Below are positions 16,726 through 25,636 of a stretch of 29,348 bases of DNA, piece after piece. Within the stretch, counting starts at the first letter, position 1, and each line of letters starts with the position of its first letter. The translations under genes and the position numbers were made by a program. Source of the stretch: an uncultured Alphaproteobacteria bacterium (GTDB lineage Bacteria; Pseudomonadota; Alphaproteobacteria; UBA8366; GCA-2717185); contig CAXBEC010000001.1 in assembly GCA_963974145.1 (NCBI GenBank), positions 1-29,348 on the forward strand, read 5' to 3'. The notes beneath the pieces are model-generated. The model searched no databases and had not been told where the DNA came from. It saw nothing but the letters and a program-made list of their open reading frames with translations.

Positions 16726-16757
16726 AAGCCGGGCCGACGGTTCGAACTTGAGAGAAA

Positions 16758-16834
16758 TGGCGCGCCCGGGAGGACTCGAACCCCCAACCTCCTGATCCGT
16801 AGTCAGACGCTCTATCCAATTGAGCTACGGGCGC
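16758..16834 (-). tRNA. tRNA-Arg (anticodon ACG), CCA encoded
   Basis: 77 nt GCGCCCGTAGCTCAATTGGATAGAGCGTCTGACTACGGATCAGGAGGTTGGGGGTTCGAGTCCTCCCGGGCGCGCCA, with full cloverleaf and anticodon loop CTACGGA. Confidence 0.97.
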
Positions 16835-16867
16835 TTATGGCCGGGCCTAGGTGGCGCGACGGCGCGG

Positions 16868-16896
16868 AACCTACTCAATAGGCCACCGCTTCGCAA
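16868..16896 (-). promoter_or_regulatory. Putative sigma-70 stable-RNA promoter of tRNA-Arg
   Basis: Minus strand TTGCGA, 17 nt, TAGGTT, followed by GC-rich discriminator CCGCGCC, about 30 nt upstream of the tRNA. Confidence 0.5.
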
Positions 16897-17032
16897 GGCA
16901 ATATGTTGCATATTGTCATTTCGCCGTGCGGAAAAGCGGCTTGTCCCCTGAAGAGCCCTCCATTAGTATCCGCGAAGTCTGATAATAAAATCTGCGTTTA
17001 TTGACAGTTTATGTTAATGAAAAAGCAGTCTA

Positions 17033-17048
17033 TTGTTGTTAACAACAA
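17033..17048. promoter_or_regulatory. Perfect 16-bp palindrome, candidate operator
   Basis: TTGTTGTTAACAACAA, between a TTGACA (17001-17006) and the lipoprotein start. Confidence 0.4.
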
Positions 17049-17079
17049 AATGTCAGTAATCCCGGGGCTAAGTATTATA

Positions 17080-18261
17080 ATGAATTTTCGGGGCTATACC
17101 GTAGGTCTTCTAGCGGCGTCCCTGCTTGCAGGGTGCAGCGGGGCCGATGAAGCATTGTGGCCTACCCTGTCGGGATCGGATCCTGCAGGCACGCCACCAC
17201 CTGCCGCGTCAACCGGTTACACTTCCGAGTCGGTGCCGCAGCGGATCGATATTCCAGAGCCACAGCCGTCCGTATACACGGCGCCGGTGCAGACGGCCCA
17301 GTCTTCTGTTGAGCGGACTATTGCCGCGCCGGTGGCTGGTACGCCGACAGGCACCTTTGTCGGCCGGAAGGTCGAACAGATGCGCAATGACCTCGTGAAG
17401 CTGCAGGATTCGGTGCGCGCGCTCAATGCCCGGATGCTGCAGATCACGAATGAAAACGTTGCGGCCTCCCAGCGTTATCATGCGGTCGTGGCGGAAATGA
17501 ACGCCAAGCTGCAGATCGGCACCACACCGGGCAACCCGGTCATGGTAAAGCAGTGGAACGATGCGCAGCAGCAACTCGAGCATATTGCGGAAAGCCTGAG
17601 CCACATGGACAAGCTTTCCAACGACGCGGCCGGCGAGGCCGGACTGTCCGCTTGGCTGCTCGATAGTGTGCGTGCGACCTTCGCGTTGAGCGGCGCCGTT
17701 GACGAGGATCACCGGCAATTGCGGATCCTGGAAGATGAAGTCAACGGGACCGTTGTGCTGATCGACCGGCTGCTGAACGAATTAAGCGAGGATGTCTCGC
17801 GCCAGACCACCTATGTTGCCAATGAGCGCCGCAATATCACGACAATGTCGCTGGCGGTAAAGAACGGCGAATTGTACGGAACCAGCCTGGTCAACCGCGC
17901 CTTCGCGCAGAGCCAGAACCTGGCCAGCGCCGCATCGCAGGCTTCCGGCCCGGCCGTTGGCGAACGGCCCCTGGTCGTTATCCGTTTCGATCGCCCTGAT
18001 ATTCCCTATCAGCAGGCACTGTATAATGCGGTCAGTCGGGCGCTGGAACGTAAACCCGACGCCTCTTTCGACCTGGTTGCCGTGACCCCGAAACGGGGCA
18101 GTGCGGCGCAGACAGCGCTGAACAGCACGCAGACCAAGCGCAATGCCGAGGCTGTGCTGCGGACACTGGCCGATATGGGGCTGCCGGGGAATCGTGTGAA
18201 GCTTTCAGCGACGACAAGTCCTGATGTGGAAGCGAACGAGGTTCAGATTTTCGTACGCTGA
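17080..18261 (+). CDS. Conserved hypothetical lipoprotein (coiled-coil body, OmpA-like C-terminal region)
   Basis: From ATG 17080: signal peptide with lipobox LLAGC (Cys19), Pro/Thr linker, long helical region, and C-terminal VVIRFD...RNAEAVLRTLADMGLPGNRVKLSA...NEVQIFVR reminiscent of the OmpA_C fold. Confidence 0.8.
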   Translation: MNFRGYTVGLLAASLLAGCSGADEALWPTLSGSDPAGTPPPAASTGYTSESVPQRIDIPEPQPSVYTAPVQTAQSSVERTIAAPVAGTPTGTFVGRKVEQMRNDLVKLQDSVRALNARMLQITNENVAASQRYHAVVAEMNAKLQIGTTPGNPVMVKQWNDAQQQLEHIAESLSHMDKLSNDAAGEAGLSAWLLDSVRATFALSGAVDEDHRQLRILEDEVNGTVVLIDRLLNELSEDVSRQTTYVANERRNITTMSLAVKNGELYGTSLVNRAFAQSQNLASAASQASGPAVGERPLVVIRFDRPDIPYQQALYNAVSRALERKPDASFDLVAVTPKRGSAAQTALNSTQTKRNAEAVLRTLADMGLPGNRVKLSATTSPDVEANEVQIFVR

Positions 18262-18364
18262 TGCGGCCCGCCGCATGAAATCGTCGCCTGACCACCGGAT
18301 TTGAGTCTATGCTTTGTCATGGCCTGCGGGCCGTGCCGCGTGTGCGATCGAACCGGATTCGGGT

Positions 18365-18790
18365 ATGAAAGCGATTGCGTTACTTTTTTTCATTATTCTG
18401 GTGACCGCATCACCGGTCGCGGCGGCGGATGAATCCGGTCGGCGCGATCTTATCGTCCGGGTTATTCAGCAACAGCTCGATGCTTTTGGTCGCAATGATG
18501 GTGAGGCCGCGTTCAGCCATGCCGCGCCCGATATCCAGGCCAGGTTCGGTACGGCGGCTCAGTTCATGAGCGCGGTCGAAAGCGGTTACGCGCCATTATT
18601 CCGGCCGCGATCAGTGACTTTTCTCGATCTGTTCGATCAGAAGGAAACCGGTGGTGTTGTTCAGCGGGTCCTGGTGACCGGCCGAGAAGGCGCGCAGGTC
18701 ATGGCCCTGTATTCGATGCTTCAAATGCGATCAGGCGCCTGGCGGATCTCGGGGTGTCTGCTGGTACCGGCGCCCGGCAACCCGACATGA
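18365..18790 (+). CDS. DUF4864 domain-containing exported protein
   Basis: Signal peptide [21 protein letters not shown]; [54 protein letters not shown] pattern. Confidence 0.8.
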   Translation: MKAIALLFFIILVTASPVAAADESGRRDLIVRVIQQQLDAFGRNDGEAAFSHAAPDIQARFGTAAQFMSAVESGYAPLFRPRSVTFLDLFDQKETGGVVQRVLVTGREGAQVMALYSMLQMRSGAWRISGCLLVPAPGNPT

Positions 18791-19260
18791 CGGGCGGCGG
18801 GCCAAAGGAATACCCGGTATCCTGGGAGGAACTGCACCGCAACGCACGGGCGCTTGCCTGGCGGTTACTGGACCTGGGACCGTTTGACGGCATCGTGGCG
18901 ATCGCGCGCGGCGGCCTTGTTCCGGCGGCTATTGTCGCACGCGAGCTGGAAATCCGCCTCGTCGATACGGTTTGTATCGCATCCTATGACCACAAGGATC
19001 AGGGCCAGGCGCAAATCCTGAAAGGTATCCGGGGCGATGGCACGAACCTGTTGATCGTTGATGACCTGGTGGACACGGGGACCACAGCGCAGATTGTCCG
19101 CAAAATGCTGCCGAAGGCGCATTTCGCGACGGTCTATGCGAAACCGGCAGGCCGGCCGCTGGTCGATACCTTCGTGACGGAGGTCAGCCAGGATACCTGG
19201 ATCCTGTTTCCCTGGGATATTGAACCGGTTTACGCCGAACCGATTTCCGGCCGCCGCTGA
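18787..19260 (+). CDS. gpt: Xanthine phosphoribosyltransferase
   Basis: [32 protein letters not shown]-binding [12 protein letters not shown] and DTWILFPWD motifs. ATG overlaps the upstream TGA (ATGA). Confidence 0.95.
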   Translation: MTGGGPKEYPVSWEELHRNARALAWRLLDLGPFDGIVAIARGGLVPAAIVARELEIRLVDTVCIASYDHKDQGQAQILKGIRGDGTNLLIVDDLVDTGTTAQIVRKMLPKAHFATVYAKPAGRPLVDTFVTEVSQDTWILFPWDIEPVYAEPISGRR

Positions 19261-19269
19261 CCGCTGAAA

Positions 19270-20193
19270 TCAGCGGCGCAACGGTACCGGAATATTGTCG
19301 ATAAGCCGCGTCGAACCCAGCACCGCGGCAACCAGGGCCCGCGCAGGCCGGTCAACATTGTCCAGCGGCGCCAGCGTATCCGCATCGCAGACCGCAAGAT
19401 AATCGATCCGCGCAAATCCCGCCTTTTGCAGCGTTGCCTGGCCCCGCGCGATGGCCTCCGCACAGGATTCGCCCTCGGCTGCGGCGGCTGCGGTTTCCTG
19501 AAGGGTCTGGTGCAACAGGGGTGCAATTGCGCGTTCTTCCGGGGTCAGGTACCAGTTGCGCGATGACATGGCGAGGCCATCCTTTTCGCGGACGGTCGGC
19601 ACGCCGATGACTTCAATGGGAATATCGAGATCACGGACCATACGCCGGATGACCTGAAGCTGCTGATAGTCCTTTTCACCGAAATAGGCCCGGTCCGGCA
19701 AAGACTGCATGAACAGCTTGTTGACGACCGTCGCGACGCCGCCAAAGAAATGCGGTCGCGTTGCGCCGCACAAACCCTCGGTAATACCGGAAACAGAGAC
19801 TTTCGTGGAGAAACCTTCTGCATACATTTCCGTGACATCCGGGGCGAAAAGCAGATCTGCCTTCAATCGGTCCAGTTTGGCGATGTCGTCAGCTTCGTCA
19901 CGCGGATAGGCCTCGAAATCCTCCGTCGGTGCAAACTGCGCAGGGTTGACGAAAATCGTCGCAATGACCCGGTCGCAATTGCGAAGCGCCGCACTCACAA
20001 GGGCCAGGTGCCCGTCATGCAGGGCGCCCATGGTCGGAATCAGACCAATGGTCTCACCGTTCTTCCGCCAGGCTCGCGTATGCACACGAAGGCTTTCGAC
20101 ATCGCGCACGACGGTGATTTTCGTGCTTTTCGCCGCGGTCGTACCGTCCACAGGCGGGATGGCGATTGTGCCGGTTCTGGTTTTGGCGCCCAT
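19270..20193 (-). CDS. panC: Pantoate--beta-alanine ligase
   Basis: PTMGALHDGH, IFVNPAQF, RPHFFGGVATVV, FGEKDYQQL and REKDGLAMSSRN motifs. Confidence 0.97.
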   Translation of the reverse strand: MGAKTRTGTIAIPPVDGTTAAKSTKITVVRDVESLRVHTRAWRKNGETIGLIPTMGALHDGHLALVSAALRNCDRVIATIFVNPAQFAPTEDFEAYPRDEADDIAKLDRLKADLLFAPDVTEMYAEGFSTKVSVSGITEGLCGATRPHFFGGVATVVNKLFMQSLPDRAYFGEKDYQQLQVIRRMVRDLDIPIEVIGVPTVREKDGLAMSSRNWYLTPEERAIAPLLHQTLQETAAAAAEGESCAEAIARGQATLQKAGFARIDYLAVCDADTLAPLDNVDRPARALVAAVLGSTRLIDNIPVPLRR

Positions 20194-20258
20194 TTTTTAC
20201 GATTATCCTGTTTCCGGGATGCGTCCAATTTCACTTTGGCGGCGGCACCATAAGCCCA

Positions 20259-20279
20259 ATTATTGCGAAGCACAATAAT
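20259..20279. promoter_or_regulatory. Inverted repeat in the divergent panC/ggt intergenic region
   Basis: ATTATTG-cgaagca-CAATAAT, perfect 7-bp arms with a 7-nt spacer. Confidence 0.35.
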
Positions 20280-20370
20280 AGGGCTTCAGCGTGAAAGGCC
20301 GGTGCCCGGGGCCGTATCCCCGGCATCAGTTAAACACTAATATGGTGTTCGTAATATTAAGGACAACAAT

Positions 20371-22113
20371 ATGCCGGCCTGCATTTGTCGCCACGCCCTG
20401 ATTGTCAGCAGCTTTCTCATGGGGTTTGCCCCCTTTGTGGCGGCCCAACACGCAGAACCGGAAGCCGCAAGCGGCTTTACCAGCAAGCAGGCGGTTACCG
20501 CAAAATCCTTCATGGTTGCGGCGGCAAACCCGCTGGCGGCCCGGACGGGATATGACATTCTTGGGCAGGGCGGCAGCGCTGTGGACGCGGCAATCGCCGT
20601 CCAGATGGTACTGAACCTCGTCGAACCGCAAAGTTCCGGGATCGGCGGCGGCGGGTTTCTGTTGCACTGGGACGCGGACACGAAATCCCTGGTCAGTTAC
20701 GACGGGCGGGAAACCGCCCCGGCCGCTGTGGGCGAAGACCTGTTTCTGGGGCCGGACGGAGAGCCGGTTGACCGATGGGATGCGCGGGTCGGGGGCCGTT
20801 CCGTCGGCGTGCCCGGTGTCCTGCGGATGATGGAAGCGGCGCATCGGCGGCATGGCATCCTGCCCTGGGCGGATCTGTTCGCGCCGGCAATCGAACTTGC
20901 CGAAGCCGGGTTCGAAATTTCACCCCGGTTGCATATGCTTGCGCGTGGGTCCAAATACCTGCAGCAGTATAGCGCGGCGCGGGAATACCTGTTTGATACC
21001 ACGGGCGCGCCGCTGCCGGTCGGTCACCTTCTGGTCAATCGGCCGTTTGCGAAAACACTGCGTCTGATTGCGGCGGAAGGCGCCGACGCATTCTATACCG
21101 GGGCGATCGCACGCGACATTGTCGCCGCCGTCGCGACGCCGGAAAATCCGGGTCTCATGACCCTGGCGGACCTGGCGCGATACGAGGCGAAGGTGCGCGA
21201 CCCGGTTTGTGCGCCATATCGTATCTATCGTGTCTGCGGGATGGGGCCGCCATCGACCGGCGGGCTGACCGTCGCGATGATTCTGGGTCAACTGGAGCAA
21301 TTCGACCTGAAGACTCTTGGGGCAGATTCCGCGCAGGCGCTGCACCTGTTCACCCAGGCTTCGCGGCTCGCCTATGCCGATCGGAACCGGTACATGGGCG
21401 ATTCCGACGTCATTCCTGTGCCGGTAAAGGCACTGCTGGACAGGGAATATTTGCATCGCCGCGGAGCGGATATCGATCCGCAGAAGGATATGGGTAAGGC
21501 GTTGCCGGGCGATTTGCCGGAAAAGGCGGGTCTGGACGGCGGTGAAACGAACGAGCAGCCATCCACGTCGCATATGTCGATTGTCGATGCCCACGGTAAT
21601 GCGGTGTCATTCACAACGTCGATTGCCATCGGTTTCGGTTCCCGCGTCATGGCGGGCGGGTTTTTCCTCAACAACCAACTGACCGATTTCGCGTTTCGGC
21701 CGCGCAAAGGCGGTGTCCCGCATATAAACCGCGCCGGGCCCGGTAAGCGGCCGCGGTCATCCATGTCGCCAACCTTCGTTTTCGGGCCGGATGGCGAATT
21801 ACGTCTTGCGCTCGGGTCACCGGGTGGTACGAGTATCATCGGCTATGTCGCGAAAACGATAATTGCGGTAATCGATTGGGATATGGATATCCAGTCGGCG
21901 ATTGCGCTGCCGCATTTCGCAAACAGAAACAGCAAGGAAACGGAATTGGAAAAAGGAACGGCGGCAGAATCCTATCGCGCCGCATTGATGGCGTTGGGCC
22001 ATGAGATTGCTATCCGGAGCCACACCTCCGGACTGCACGGGATCGAAATCACGCCGCACGGCCTGATCGGCGGCGCCGACCCGCGCCGTGAAGGCGTGGC
22101 GATGGGGCGCTGA
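20371..22113 (+). CDS. ggt: Gamma-glutamyltransferase (periplasmic)
   Basis: Signal peptide; GGSAVDAAIAVQMVLNLVEPQSSGIGGGGF, DGRETAP, autoproteolytic Thr in STSHMSIVD, PGKRPRSSMSP, GSPGG and GGADPRREG motifs. Confidence 0.95.
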   Translation: MPACICRHALIVSSFLMGFAPFVAAQHAEPEAASGFTSKQAVTAKSFMVAAANPLAARTGYDILGQGGSAVDAAIAVQMVLNLVEPQSSGIGGGGFLLHWDADTKSLVSYDGRETAPAAVGEDLFLGPDGEPVDRWDARVGGRSVGVPGVLRMMEAAHRRHGILPWADLFAPAIELAEAGFEISPRLHMLARGSKYLQQYSAAREYLFDTTGAPLPVGHLLVNRPFAKTLRLIAAEGADAFYTGAIARDIVAAVATPENPGLMTLADLARYEAKVRDPVCAPYRIYRVCGMGPPSTGGLTVAMILGQLEQFDLKTLGADSAQALHLFTQASRLAYADRNRYMGDSDVIPVPVKALLDREYLHRRGADIDPQKDMGKALPGDLPEKAGLDGGETNEQPSTSHMSIVDAHGNAVSFTTSIAIGFGSRVMAGGFFLNNQLTDFAFRPRKGGVPHINRAGPGKRPRSSMSPTFVFGPDGELRLALGSPGGTSIIGYVAKTIIAVIDWDMDIQSAIALPHFANRNSKETELEKGTAAESYRAALMALGHEIAIRSHTSGLHGIEITPHGLIGGADPRREGVAMGR

Positions 22114-23294
22114 TGGCCGTTTATCCGACCATTCATCTGCTGCCGGGGCGGCACAAGCGCGTCAAGACCGGTCATCCCTGGGTGTTTTCGAATGAAATAG
22201 CGCGATCAGAAATCGCGTTCGAAAGCGGGGCTGCTGTCAACGTCATTGGTGACAATGGCGAAAGTTTCGGTACGGCGATTTACAATCCACACACGTTGCT
22301 GGCGGGACGCATTATCGACCGGGGCAGCAATGTTGCACTTGATACCGGGTTTTTCGAGGAACGCCTGCGTTATGCGCTGGCGCTGCGCGACAGGATGTTC
22401 GCAGCACCTTATTACCGGTTGATACATGCCGAAGCGGACGGCTTGCCGGGACTGATTATCGACCGCTATGGCAATGCTGTGGTGATCCAGTTCAATACGG
22501 CGGGTATGGACCGGCTGACAGACACGGTCATTGCCGCGCTGGATCGGGTTCTCACCGTGCAAACCATCATTTTGCGCAACGATAGTGCCAGCCGCGAACT
22601 GGAAGGGTTGCCAAAAACGGTGACGACGTTGCGCGGTGACGACGATACGCCGGTTCTGGTGCGGGAAAACGGTGCGGAATTTACCACGCAACCGGCTGTC
22701 GGGCAGAAAACCGGCTGGTTCTATGATCAGCGGGCGAACAGGGCGTTCGTAGCGTCTCTCGCCGGGGATACCCGGATGATCGATGTCTTCTGTTACGGGG
22801 GTGGTTTTGGGATCCAGTCACTTCTGGCAGGCGCGGAAATTGCGACACTGGTTGATCGTTCCGCCACGGCGCTGGATGATGCTGCGGCATCGGCGGCACG
22901 GAACGGTGTTGATAACCGCTGTACGTTTATCAAGGCGGACGCCTTTGAGGAAATGGAACGGCAGGATGCCGCCGGCGAACGATACGGTGTCGTTGTCGCC
23001 GATCCGCCCGCCTTTATCCGGGCGCGCAAGGATATCGGTGCGGGCAGCCGCGCCTATCAGAAAATGGCGCGGCTGGCGGCGCGGCTTGTCGCGCCGGGGG
23101 GGATCCTGTTTGTTGCGTCGTGTTCACACCATATGCCGCCTGACCTGTTCCGCGAGGCAATACGCAAGGGGCTTGGTGATAGCAGGCGGACAGGCCGGAT
23201 CCTGCGCGATGCCGGGGCTGGCCCCGACCATCCGGTCCACCCCCATCTGCCTGAAACGGCGTATCTGAAGTCCCTGACCCTGGCGCTGGATTAA
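22113..23294 (+). CDS. rlmI: RlmI/RlmK-like class I SAM-dependent rRNA methyltransferase with PUA domain
   Basis: GHPWVFSNEI, AEADGLPGLIIDRYG, GQKTGWFYDQRANR, DVFCYGGGF, VVADPPAF and SCSHH motifs. TGATG overlap with ggt. Confidence 0.85.
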   Translation: MAVYPTIHLLPGRHKRVKTGHPWVFSNEIARSEIAFESGAAVNVIGDNGESFGTAIYNPHTLLAGRIIDRGSNVALDTGFFEERLRYALALRDRMFAAPYYRLIHAEADGLPGLIIDRYGNAVVIQFNTAGMDRLTDTVIAALDRVLTVQTIILRNDSASRELEGLPKTVTTLRGDDDTPVLVRENGAEFTTQPAVGQKTGWFYDQRANRAFVASLAGDTRMIDVFCYGGGFGIQSLLAGAEIATLVDRSATALDDAAASAARNGVDNRCTFIKADAFEEMERQDAAGERYGVVVADPPAFIRARKDIGAGSRAYQKMARLAARLVAPGGILFVASCSHHMPPDLFREAIRKGLGDSRRTGRILRDAGAGPDHPVHPHLPETAYLKSLTLALD

Positions 23295-23300
23295 CCCGGT

Positions 23301-24656
23301 TTAATTTATCGGCAGGGTTAGGCGGAACGTCGTGCCGGTTTCGCCGGTCGCCTCTAGCACCAGGTCGCCGCCATGATTGCGCATCAGCTCCCGCGCGATG
23401 GCGAGCCCGAGGCCCGTGCCGCCGGCGCGGACCGATCCTTCAAAGGGTTCGAACAGGCGTTTTTGCGCCCGTTCCGGTAGCCCGGGCCCGTTATCCTGTA
23501 TCGAGAGGGCAATCATGCCGTCCGTGACACTGGAACGGACGACCACTTCGGTGGCACCGGCCTCTGCCGAATTCTGCAGGATATTGCTCAGCACCCTCAG
23601 AATCTGACCCCGATCTGCGTTGATGGTCAATTCGGTATCCACCACGCTTTCGATGGACATCAGCTTGCCACCCGATAGATTACGGGTGGCCCGGACGTCA
23701 GTGACCAGAGACGCAAGGGGGAAACGGCTGAGTCGCATCGCCATGTGATCGTGGCGAACATAATCCAGCGTGTCGTCGCACAGGGCAACGGCGCGGTCGA
23801 TGGCGGAAATCAGTGTCGGTGTGACGCGTTTGACATCGGGATCATCGCTGCTCTCCAGCCGGTCCGAAACCAGCAATGCGGAAGACAGAATGCCGCGCAG
23901 GTCATGGTTGATTTTTGCGACGCCCGTACCGAGGGCGGCAAGCCGTCCTTTTTGCCGCAAAGAGGCACGTAGAACGCCCTGCATCGTGGCGAGTTCGTGT
24001 TGGGCGACGCCAATTTCGTCGCTTCGGGTCGATGGTTCGATGATGTTGTGCAGATCGTCCGGGTTTTCGCGAAAGCGGGTCATGCTTTCGGTGATCCGGC
24101 GCATTGGCCGTACCATCAGCCAGTGGAGCGAAAGATACACCAGTCCGGCTGTAAACAGCGAAATAACGAGGGAAAGCAGGAAAACACGCCAGCCAAAATC
24201 GATCAGCGCTGCCTGCAGCGGGCGTTCCTCGATGACGACTTCGATATTCGTTTCGGAATGCTTCGGTGACGGACCGATAATTCGCACCACCCGGGCTTCC
24301 GTCCGGCTCAGCACCATGAGCGCGTCCACGACGAGTTCCAGTGGGCTGCTTTGCCCCAGGTTTATAGATTCCTGGAGGGGCGGCGGCGTATCGCTGGCCA
24401 GAACCAGCTTCGCGCCGCCACGATGAACATTGATTGCGTATGCCCCTACATGTGTCAGCAATTCCTCACGCATCCGGTCATCGACCATGCCTTCCGGCGC
24501 GACGTCGAGTGTCAGAATGGCCAGATGCGCCGCGCTAAGGCGTTCTGTCAGCCAGTCATAGCGAAACCGGGCGACTGACGGCACGAAGATCATAATTTCC
24601 GCAATCATGACAAACAGAATGGTCAGTACCAGAAGGCGTGCGGAAAGGCTGCGCAT
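23301..24656 (-). CDS. HAMP-domain sensor histidine kinase (orphan in this window)
   Basis: Two TM segments, HAMP (LMVRPMRRITESM...DEIG), H-box INHDLRGILSS, N-box NILQNSAEA, DNGPG, FEPF and GGTGLGLAI. Confidence 0.93.
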   Translation of the reverse strand: MRSLSARLLVLTILFVMIAEIMIFVPSVARFRYDWLTERLSAAHLAILTLDVAPEGMVDDRMREELLTHVGAYAINVHRGGAKLVLASDTPPPLQESINLGQSSPLELVVDALMVLSRTEARVVRIIGPSPKHSETNIEVVIEERPLQAALIDFGWRVFLLSLVISLFTAGLVYLSLHWLMVRPMRRITESMTRFRENPDDLHNIIEPSTRSDEIGVAQHELATMQGVLRASLRQKGRLAALGTGVAKINHDLRGILSSALLVSDRLESSDDPDVKRVTPTLISAIDRAVALCDDTLDYVRHDHMAMRLSRFPLASLVTDVRATRNLSGGKLMSIESVVDTELTINADRGQILRVLSNILQNSAEAGATEVVVRSSVTDGMIALSIQDNGPGLPERAQKRLFEPFEGSVRAGGTGLGLAIARELMRNHGGDLVLEATGETGTTFRLTLPIN

Positions 24657-24723
24657 TTTGGCGTCTACTTCACCTGTTCACGCGATGCGGCGGCGATCTG
24701 TCGCTTGTTGCGCTTCTGAACTC

Positions 24724-25476
24724 TCAACCACCCTGCCGCTTCGCTCTCAGTTTCTTGTACAGGATAGGGGCGAGTGAAAGAAGCGCCAAGCCCGACAGGG
24801 CCAGGATGATATCCGGCGTCAGAATGCCCGAAACCGTGAACGATGCGCCGCTGTCGAAGATGCTGCCCAGCCCGGCGCCGACCTGTGCGAAGACAACGGT
24901 CCCGGGAATGATGCCGATCAGCGTAGCAAGGACATAGGTCCTGAGGGATACGCCAAGGAAGGCCGGGACCAGATTGACGACGAAAAATGGAAATAACGGA
25001 ATCAGCCGAAGGACAAGCAGGTAGCTGAAAGCATTTTCCCGGAATCCGGCTTCCATCTTCTGTAATGCGGGGCCCATGCGGCGGCGGAACGTGTCGCCAA
25101 TGGCGGTTTTGGCGATCAGAAACAGCAGGGTGGCCCCTATGGTTGCGGAGATCACGACATAACCGGTGCCCAGGAACGGTCCGAAAAGGAAACCGCCGGC
25201 AATCGTCAGAAATGCGCCTCCCGGCAATGAGAAGGCGACAACGACTATGTACAGAGCAGAAAACAAAAGCGCGGCAGTCACGCCATTTTGCTGAACCAGG
25301 TCAAGCAATGCCTCCCGGTTATCACGCAGCACGTCAAAATTGAGATATGCGTCCAGTCCGAAAGCGTAGAACGCGCCAAGCCCTGCCAATAAGACAGCAA
25401 CAGGCCAAAGCCGCCGGGTATCGAACGGGGGATTGCCACCACCTTGAGATCGCGATTCGGCATCTGGAGTGTTCAC
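24724..25476 (-). CDS. TVP38/TMEM64 (DedA/VTT-domain) family membrane protein
   Basis: FSLPGGAFLTIAGGFLFG, ATIGATLLFL, YLLVLRLIPLFPFFVVNL and GIIPGT motifs. GTG start. Confidence 0.92.
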   Translation of the reverse strand: MNTPDAESRSQGGGNPPFDTRRLWPVAVLLAGLGAFYAFGLDAYLNFDVLRDNREALLDLVQQNGVTAALLFSALYIVVVAFSLPGGAFLTIAGGFLFGPFLGTGYVVISATIGATLLFLIAKTAIGDTFRRRMGPALQKMEAGFRENAFSYLLVLRLIPLFPFFVVNLVPAFLGVSLRTYVLATLIGIIPGTVVFAQVGAGLGSIFDSGASFTVSGILTPDIILALSGLALLSLAPILYKKLRAKRQGG

Positions 25477-25570
25477 GTGATATCAGTCCTTCCCGGATTG
25501 CAGCCATGCTCTGCCCGCGAATGCGCATTTCATGGTCTGTGCCAAGTTGTAGCAGACTGGCCGCACTGGA

Positions 25571-25599
25571 TTGACTTGATGTAACGCACAATTTATACA
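25571..25599 (+). promoter_or_regulatory. Putative sigma-70 promoter of the rpmH operon
   Basis: TTGACT, 17 nt, TATACA, followed by GC-rich GCGGCC, about 37 nt upstream of rpmH. Confidence 0.55.
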
Positions 25600-25636
25600 G
25601 CGGCCAGATTTTCAAGCTAGAATTCGGAGAGCCACC

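Noticed and set aside
18261-18276. Hairpin ATGCGG-CCCG-CCGCAT after the lipoprotein stop
   Set aside because: Only a 6-bp stem and no U-tract, so not called as an intrinsic terminator.
23291-23304. TTAA-N6-TTAA resembling a CtrA box
   Set aside because: Spacing is 6, not 7; it is formed by two convergent TAA stop codons and is not in a promoter.
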